Shown here piece after piece: positions 58,592 through 64,000 of a DNA stretch of 64,000 nt. Origin of the DNA: Nitrosopumilaceae archaeon (GTDB taxonomy: Archaea; Thermoproteota; Nitrososphaeria; Nitrososphaerales; Nitrosopumilaceae); NCBI GenBank assembly GCA_965214835.1, contig CBDCCK010000002.1:1312001-1376000 (forward strand), written 5' to 3'. The notes beneath the pieces were generated by a model. The model did not search any database, was not told where the DNA came from, and was given only the letters and a program-made list of their open reading frames with translations. The position numbers and the translations under genes are program-made. Each line of letters begins with the position of its first letter. Position 1 is the first letter of the stretch.

Positions 58592-59227
58592 ATGGACGAA
58601 CTAATACAAAGGATAGATGAAATAATCGAGGAAAAAAGCCTGTTAAAGCATCCGTTTTACGAAATGTGGTCGGCAGGTCAGCTCACACGTGACTCCCTGT
58701 CTGGCTATTCAAAGGAATACTTTCAGCTTGTAAAGGCAGTTCCCGGATTCATGGAGCCGATAATCAGGCAAGCCCCCGAATCCGTTGCCGGGGAGCTAGT
58801 TGAGAACCAGGCAGAGGAGGCCGCCCACATCTTGCCGTGGAAGGACTTTGCTGCATCCTTGGGGGTATCAGAGTCTGAGCTGGACAGCCATGCCGGCCTT
58901 GAGAAAACCAACCGGGCAGTGGACTCTCTGGGCTCCCTCATGACTACCTACGAGGGAGGCGCATGTGCAATGTATGCATTTGAAAAGGAAATCCCGAAAA
59001 TCAGCCAGACCAAGCTTGATGGCCTAGCAGAATTTTACGGGCTGAGCTCAGAGCAGGCTACTGAATACTTTAAACTTCACGCGGAGGCCGACATAAGACA
59101 CGCTGCCTCCTGGCGAAACATTCTGGAATCATCCGTAACTTCTGAGGATCAGCTAATAGAGATTGCAGACAGGTCAATTTCCGCACAGAATCTGCTGCTT
59201 GACGGCTGCCACGAGGCATACTGCTGA
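58592..59227 (+). CDS. PqqC/TenA-fold iron enzyme (CADD-like)
   Basis: LKHPFY..W..G, EN..EE..H..W, YAFE, YFKLH...D..H. Confidence 0.85.
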   Translation: MDELIQRIDEIIEEKSLLKHPFYEMWSAGQLTRDSLSGYSKEYFQLVKAVPGFMEPIIRQAPESVAGELVENQAEEAAHILPWKDFAASLGVSESELDSHAGLEKTNRAVDSLGSLMTTYEGGACAMYAFEKEIPKISQTKLDGLAEFYGLSSEQATEYFKLHAEADIRHAASWRNILESSVTSEDQLIEIADRSISAQNLLLDGCHEAYC

Positions 59228-59414
59228 CCAGTACTTGAGCATGTACGCTCTGTCACCTGCGTGGTGGCACTTTCACCCATCCATGTCTCTGCACGCATGG
59301 AATTCTGCATTCCGGGGCTGCATGAGACGGCGGCCATAGGGAATGGCAGCACATTTTCAATTTACTGCTGGCCCTCATAACATTTTATACCCAAGGCGGC
59401 AAATCATTTTTCTG

Positions 59415-59488
59415 GGGCCCGTAACTCAGCTTGGTAGAGTGACCGACTCATAATCGGTGAGCCAAGGGATCGAAGCCCTTCGGGCCCA
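59415..59488 (+). tRNA. tRNA with CAT anticodon, probably tRNA-Ile2
   Basis: GGGCCCG/CGGGCCC acceptor stem like tRNA-Ile, loop CTCATAA; lacks initiator features. Confidence 0.88.
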
Positions 59489-59766
59489 TCTGACTCATTC
59501 TCAAATCCGAGAATGAGAAGGCAAAAAAAGATGGAAAAGCGGACAAAAAAGGAAATTTCTTCAAAAAAGGTAGCAATGCAAAAGCAAAGGGGACGAGTCC
59601 CGAAAAAACGATGACGAGTACCGACAAGACTGCAAACAAAAAGGTACAAAGTCAGAGCCGCAAAAGGAACGCCGGCCAGCTCAAAAAAAAAAGACGATAA
59701 AGAATGCACCTAGTGGAACAAGAATAGCTACACAATCCTCAAGATGCCTGTTGGAAGATGACGACG
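59489..59766 (+). pseudogene. 5' stub of an integrase element homologous to 61127-61454
   Basis: Near-identical with indels from tctgactc.ttctcaaat to gttggaagatgacgacg. Confidence 0.9.
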
Positions 59767-60140
59767 GGCCGGTCTCTTCTGGGAATGTGGCGTATATGCG
59801 CCTCCACGGGATCGCGACATCGTTCATCTCCAGCAGCTTCTTGACCGGCTTGAAGTACCCGCCAAACGAGACTGGGTTGAGGTATTTGGGATGCTCAGGG
59901 GCAAGCCTGGTACGCTCAAGCAGCTTCGAGAGGCTCAGCATCAGGTCGCGCACCCATGCCGGATCCTCCCGGCCGTACTGTACAAGCTGCTCTGCGCGGC
60001 CCTCAAGGTCTCCCTGCAGTATGTCCTCAAATATACAACAGAGCACCTGATGCAGCGTGCGTGTGTACTTTTCGCGCGTCTCCTCTGTCTTGATCCCCTA
60101 GTTGAACAGGGCCCAGCGGGACCGCCTGTTCCACCAAGTC
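59767..60140 (-). pseudogene. N-terminal stub of a second, different putative integrase downstream of tRNA-Ala
   Basis: EQLVQYGREDPAWVRDLM...YFKPVKKLLEMNDVAIPWRRIYATFPE resembles thaumarchaeal integrase N-domains and parallels the GKEDPKRIEDML region of 61151..62755. Confidence 0.6.
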
Positions 60141-60204
60141 TTCTAGTGCAAGCTTCATCCCGGTTTACATGTTCCTAGAATGCATAAAAGGTGCAATATT
60201 GTAA

Positions 60205-60278
60205 TGGACTGGACGGGATTTGAACCCATGACCCCCCGCGTGCAAGGCGGGTATACTACCAGGCTATACTACCAGCCC
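60205..60278 (-). tRNA. tRNA-Ala(TGC)
   Basis: GGGCTGG/CCAGTCC with G3:U70, loop CTTGCAC. Confidence 0.95.
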
Positions 60279-60324
60279 ACAAGGGTAGTGGACGACGTGT
60301 GGATTTTAATTGTTGTCTTTGAGA

Positions 60325-60416
60325 GTAAGAGTTTGCCCGCTAGGCTACACTGCGGGCTAGGGGCTTGATCACCTGCCATACCATGCCGTATCCTCTAGAG
60401 GGGGTAAACTCTTGCC
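60325..60416. mobile_element. MITE-like element, family F, flanked by direct repeat CTTTGAGA
   Basis: TIRs gtaagagtttgccc / gggtaaactcttgc; repeats at 60317-60324 and 60417-60424. Confidence 0.8.
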
Positions 60417-60463
60417 CTTTGAGAGGCGGTAACGATTTTATTTGAAGTGCCCAAGGGGACTTT

Positions 60464-61018
60464 ATGGTGTTACTAGAATCACAAGTCAAGTTAAAGCCGG
60501 GAGATGCGGCTCCGAGCTTTGAGCTAATGGGAACCGATGACGCAAGACATTCCCTAGACAGCTACGGGGACTATGACGGGCTGTTGATAGTCTTCATGTG
60601 CAATCACTGTCCGTATGTAAAGGCCAAAATAGAGGCCATAAAGGAGATTGACGAGAAGTTCAAGGACAGGGTTGCAGTCGTAGGCATCAACAGCAACGAC
60701 TCTACGGGCTATCCAGAGGACAGCTTTGAGGCAATGAAGGAGATTGTAAGGGAGAAGGGGCTCGGATTTGACTATCTTGTAGACGAGTCACAGGAGATTG
60801 CTAGGAAATACGGCGCCACGTGTACTCCGGATCCGTTCCTGTTTGACAAGGATCGCAGGCTGGTATTTCATGGAAGAATTGATGATGCCATGCGGCCAGA
60901 GGATACGGCCTCTGAGAAGACCATGATTCAGAACATCGAAAGACTCCTGGCCGGCGATGCCATAGAAAAAGAGTTTGATCCCTCCATCGGCTGCTCCATA
61001 AAGTGGAAGGAAAACTAG
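60464..61018 (+). CDS. Thioredoxin-fold AhpC/TSA family protein
   Basis: FMCNHCPYV, GINSND, ATCTPD, SIGCSIKW. Confidence 0.93.
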   Translation: MVLLESQVKLKPGDAAPSFELMGTDDARHSLDSYGDYDGLLIVFMCNHCPYVKAKIEAIKEIDEKFKDRVAVVGINSNDSTGYPEDSFEAMKEIVREKGLGFDYLVDESQEIARKYGATCTPDPFLFDKDRRLVFHGRIDDAMRPEDTASEKTMIQNIERLLAGDAIEKEFDPSIGCSIKWKEN

Positions 61019-61051
61019 ACTTAAATGACTGCGGACTAGTATCAGTCCTGT

Positions 61052-61126
61052 GGGCTCGTAGCTCAGCTTGGCTGGAGCGTTCGACTGATAATCGAAAGGT
61101 CATGAGTTCGAATCTCATCGGGCCCA
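61052..61126 (+). tRNA. tRNA-Ile(GAT)
   Basis: GGGCTCG/CGGGCCC, loop CTGATAA, GTTCGAAT. Confidence 0.95.
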
Positions 61127-61150
61127 TCTGACTCGTTCTCAAATCTGAGA

Positions 61151-62755
61151 ATGAGAAGGCAAAAAAAGAAAGAAAAACAGACAAAAAAAGAAATTTCTTC
61201 AAAAAAACACACCAATGCAAAAGCAAAGGGGACGAATCCGAAAAACAGGATGACGAGTCCCAAAAAAACAATGACGAGTACCGACAAGACTGCAAACAAA
61301 AAGGGTACAAAAAGTCAGAGCAGCACAAGGAGCACCAGCCAGCTCAAAGAAAATGAAAATAAAAAAATAAATAAGAAAAAGACGATAAAGAATGCACCTG
61401 GTGGAAGAAGAATAGCTACACAATCCTCAAGATGTCTGTTGGAAGATGACGACGTACGTCGGTGGTACGAAAACATGAAGAGATCCAGCCAGCTTAATGC
61501 CGCCGTACGCCTGAGGAGGCTTAATCTGTTCTGTTACAGGTTGAAGACAACGCCTGCAACCCTTGCCCGGACGGGAAAGGAGGATCCCAAAAGGATAGAG
61601 GACATGCTGATGGATCACGTATCCTGGATGGAATCACAGAATTTCTCTTCCGGATACATAGACGGCATGATAAAGTCAATCAAGGGATGGCTGGTCCACA
61701 ACCGAATAGAAATCAAAAGCAAGATAAAGATATCCAACATGGGAATTTGTCCCACGCTTGAAAAGGAAAAGGTGCCAGAGCAGGAGCAGCTGCACCAGAT
61801 GCTGGAAAACGGCAACGTGCGCCAGAGGGCAATATTGAGCCTCATGGCCTTTTCGGGAGTAAGGCCACAGGTACTGGGACTTGCCGACAGGAGTGACGGG
61901 CTATGTCTCAAGGATCTGCCCGAGCTTGTCATAGAGAATAAGGGAAAAAGAGTCAGATTCACAAACATGCCCACAATGGTGGTGGTCCGACAGTCCCTGA
62001 GCAAGACCAGGAACAAGTACGTGACGTTTTTGATAGAGGAGGGGTGCCAGCACCTGCTGAAATATCTCGAACACAGGATATCTGCCGGGGAAAAACTCTG
62101 TCCGGACTCTCCTGTCATAACGCTTGAGAGGCAAAACTCACGCAAAAGACGCAGGGAGGATCCGGATGTCAAGACATTCGTGGTCACAGCATCCATATCC
62201 CGTACGGCAAAAAAAGCGATGAAGCCGATAGTAGATTCAAGGCCATACACGCTGCGATCCTACTTTGACACCCAGTTACTGCTTGCCGAAAGCCATGGCT
62301 GCATGGCAGATGCCTATCGGGTGTTCTTTATGGGGCACAAGGGGGACATCGAGGCAAGATACACGGTAAACAAGGGCCGTCTTACAGAGCATATGAGAGA
62401 GGACATGCGCAGGGCATATGAGCAGAGCGGACTGTTTCTCTCCACTGACCCTGACAAGACGGATGAAAAGCACAAAAAAGACATGCTTTGTAAGCTATGG
62501 CGCAAGCAGGCAAAGATGTATGGAATCAATCCTGACAACATAATCAATTCAAAGCCGGATGCCCCACAGCCCAATGCTGCAGACAAGCCAAAAGAGTCGG
62601 CTACGGTACCAGGCAATGACGAACCGTCCGAATGCCGGATCATAGGGAGCGATGAGGAACTGGTGTACTATAGCTCAAACGGTTGGGAGATTGTAAAGGA
62701 GCTAAGCGACGGGCGATTCCTCATGCGCAGGTCTGGCAAGGGTTCAGGCAGCTAA
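61151..62755 (+). CDS. Tyrosine recombinase/integrase of a tRNA-integrated element (true start uncertain; Lys-rich N-terminus)
   Basis: FSGVRP (Arg), LSKT (Lys), PYTLRSYF (YxxR in place of HxxR), FMGHKG, ARYT (Tyr); 25 bp downstream of tRNA-Ile. Confidence 0.9.
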   Translation: MRRQKKKEKQTKKEISSKKHTNAKAKGTNPKNRMTSPKKTMTSTDKTANKKGTKSQSSTRSTSQLKENENKKINKKKTIKNAPGGRRIATQSSRCLLEDDDVRRWYENMKRSSQLNAAVRLRRLNLFCYRLKTTPATLARTGKEDPKRIEDMLMDHVSWMESQNFSSGYIDGMIKSIKGWLVHNRIEIKSKIKISNMGICPTLEKEKVPEQEQLHQMLENGNVRQRAILSLMAFSGVRPQVLGLADRSDGLCLKDLPELVIENKGKRVRFTNMPTMVVVRQSLSKTRNKYVTFLIEEGCQHLLKYLEHRISAGEKLCPDSPVITLERQNSRKRRREDPDVKTFVVTASISRTAKKAMKPIVDSRPYTLRSYFDTQLLLAESHGCMADAYRVFFMGHKGDIEARYTVNKGRLTEHMREDMRRAYEQSGLFLSTDPDKTDEKHKKDMLCKLWRKQAKMYGINPDNIINSKPDAPQPNAADKPKESATVPGNDEPSECRIIGSDEELVYYSSNGWEIVKELSDGRFLMRRSGKGSGS

Positions 62756-62922
62756 CGATGAGCAAACCCCTCTGACTCCTGCCAAGTTCAGACCATCCCA
62801 CGTGTTTTCATGGTTTTGGATCATGTGCGTGGCAGCTTCCACGGTTTGTGAGCCCGCACGGACTTTCATGGCTTTTCAAATCCCCGTAATTCACAGGGTT
62901 TTCATCCCTGTGATCCCATGGG

Positions 62923-63022
62923 ACTTTCACTACTTTTCAAATCCATACTTTCCATACTTTCACTACTTTTCAAATCCATACTTTCCATACTTTCACTACT
63001 TTTCAAATCCATACTTTCACTA
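62923..63022. repeat. 33-bp tandem repeat x ~3
   Basis: Unit actttcactacttttcaaatccatactttccat. Confidence 0.9.
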
Positions 63023-63033
63023 TTTCTGATTCA

Positions 63034-63257
63034 ACATAGTGTAACTTTTCACTCCTCCAAAATGTACATAGTGTAACTTTTCACTCCTCCAAAATGTACA
63101 TAGTGTAACTTTTCACTCCTCCAAAATGTACATAGTGTAACTTTTCACTCCTCCAAAATGTACATAGTGTAACTTTTCACTCCTCCAAAATGTACATAGT
63201 GTAACTTTTCACTCCTCCAAAATGTACATAGTGTAACTTTTCACTCCTCCAAAATGT
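63034..63257. repeat. Perfect 32-bp tandem repeat x 7
   Basis: Unit acatagtgtaacttttcactcctccaaaatgt. Confidence 0.97.
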
Positions 63258-63673
63258 AGCTTTTAGCTGTTTTTGGTTCTACAAAATGTAGCTTTTAGCT
63301 GTTTTTGGTTCTACAAAATGTAGCTTTTAGCTGTTTTTGGTTCTACAAAATGTAGCTTTTAGCTGTTTTTGGTTCTACAAAATGTAGCTTTTAGCTGTTT
63401 TTGGTTCTACAAAATGTAGCTTTTAGCTGTTTTTGGTTCTACAAAATGTAGCTTTTAGCTGTTTTTGGTTCTACAAAATGTAGCTTTTAGCTGTTTTTGG
63501 TTCTACAAAATGTAGCTTTTAGCTGTTTTTGGTTCTACAAAATGTAGCTTTTAGCTGTTTTTGGTTCTACAAAATGTAGCTTTTAGCTGTTTTTGGTTCT
63601 ACAAAATGTAGCTTTTAGCTGTTTTTGGTTCTACAAAATGTAGCTTTTAGCTGTTTTTGGTTCTACAAAATGT
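63258..63673. repeat. Perfect 32-bp tandem repeat x 13
   Basis: Unit agcttttagctgtttttggttctacaaaatgt; followed by the palindrome atgtagctttt-cacccactc-aaaagctacat (63670-63700). Confidence 0.97.
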
Positions 63674-64000
63674 AGCTTTTCACCCACTCAAAAGCTACAT
63701 TCTCACTATTTTTCCCGCATGCAGTTTCCGGCACTCGGCCTCGAACCTCTCGCATTACTTCACTAGACACAAAAACGAGACCAGCCAAGTCTCCTCCGGA
63801 TACCCTTCCGGGTCTCCCATCCACCGTACACGTCAGGCCCCCTCCGGGGCCTGAAACCAAACTCCCCCACAAAGGTCTTGAACGTCACATGTCGGACAGG
63901 CCGGATCAGAAATGTCAAAGTCATGTGTGGTTACCAAAAAAACCAAACCATAAACTCCCGGGCCCCCAGCGGGGTTCCTGATCCCCGGCAATCTTCTGGG

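Noticed and set aside
59415-59488. Initiator tRNA-Met
   Set aside because: It lacks the A1:U72 pair and the three consecutive G:C pairs of the anticodon stem; the acceptor stem matches tRNA-Ile.
62802-63029. 75-aa ORF with FHYFSNPY repeats
   Set aside because: Translation of the 33-bp DNA repeat; no evidence of coding.
63034-63673. CRISPR array
   Set aside because: The 32-bp units are head-to-tail with no unique spacers, and no cas genes are in the window.

Overview
64 kb of an ammonia-oxidising archaeon (Nitrosopumilaceae-like Thaumarchaeota/Nitrososphaerota), inferred from gene content and order: Alba, sdhACDB, argH, RFC-L, acetyl/propionyl-CoA carboxylase of the 3HP/4HB cycle, an 11-gene nuo cluster without nuoEFG, and a PLKQ-motif exported protein. 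GC-rich core genes, many pseudogenes and IS debris suggest a host-associated lineage (inference). Core blocks (about 13.8-21.8 kb and 33.6-61 kb) alternate with accessory regions. These hold an intact single-ORF IS66 (23-bp TIRs, 8-bp TSD), at least six families of 80-160 bp MITE-like elements (one nested in another), defence-type genes (AlbA_2/Schlafen, AbiE type IV TA, RelE remnant) and secreted proteins. Six tRNA genes are present. Most notable observations: (i) a tRNA-Ile(GAT)-linked tyrosine integrase followed by three consecutive tandem arrays (33 bp x ~3, 32 bp x 7, 32 bp x 13), two built around a shared palindromic motif; (ii) two decayed, converging integrase stubs between tRNA-Ile2 and tRNA-Ala; (iii) a complete branched-chain amino-acid-type ABC transporter sitting between nuoB and nuoC; (iv) two genes that apparently need CTG starts; (v) a LamG domain in apparently circularly permuted order; (vi) two divergent secreted paralogues sharing an inverted-duplicated promoter and signal peptide. 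All product calls come from motif recognition by eye, not from database searches.
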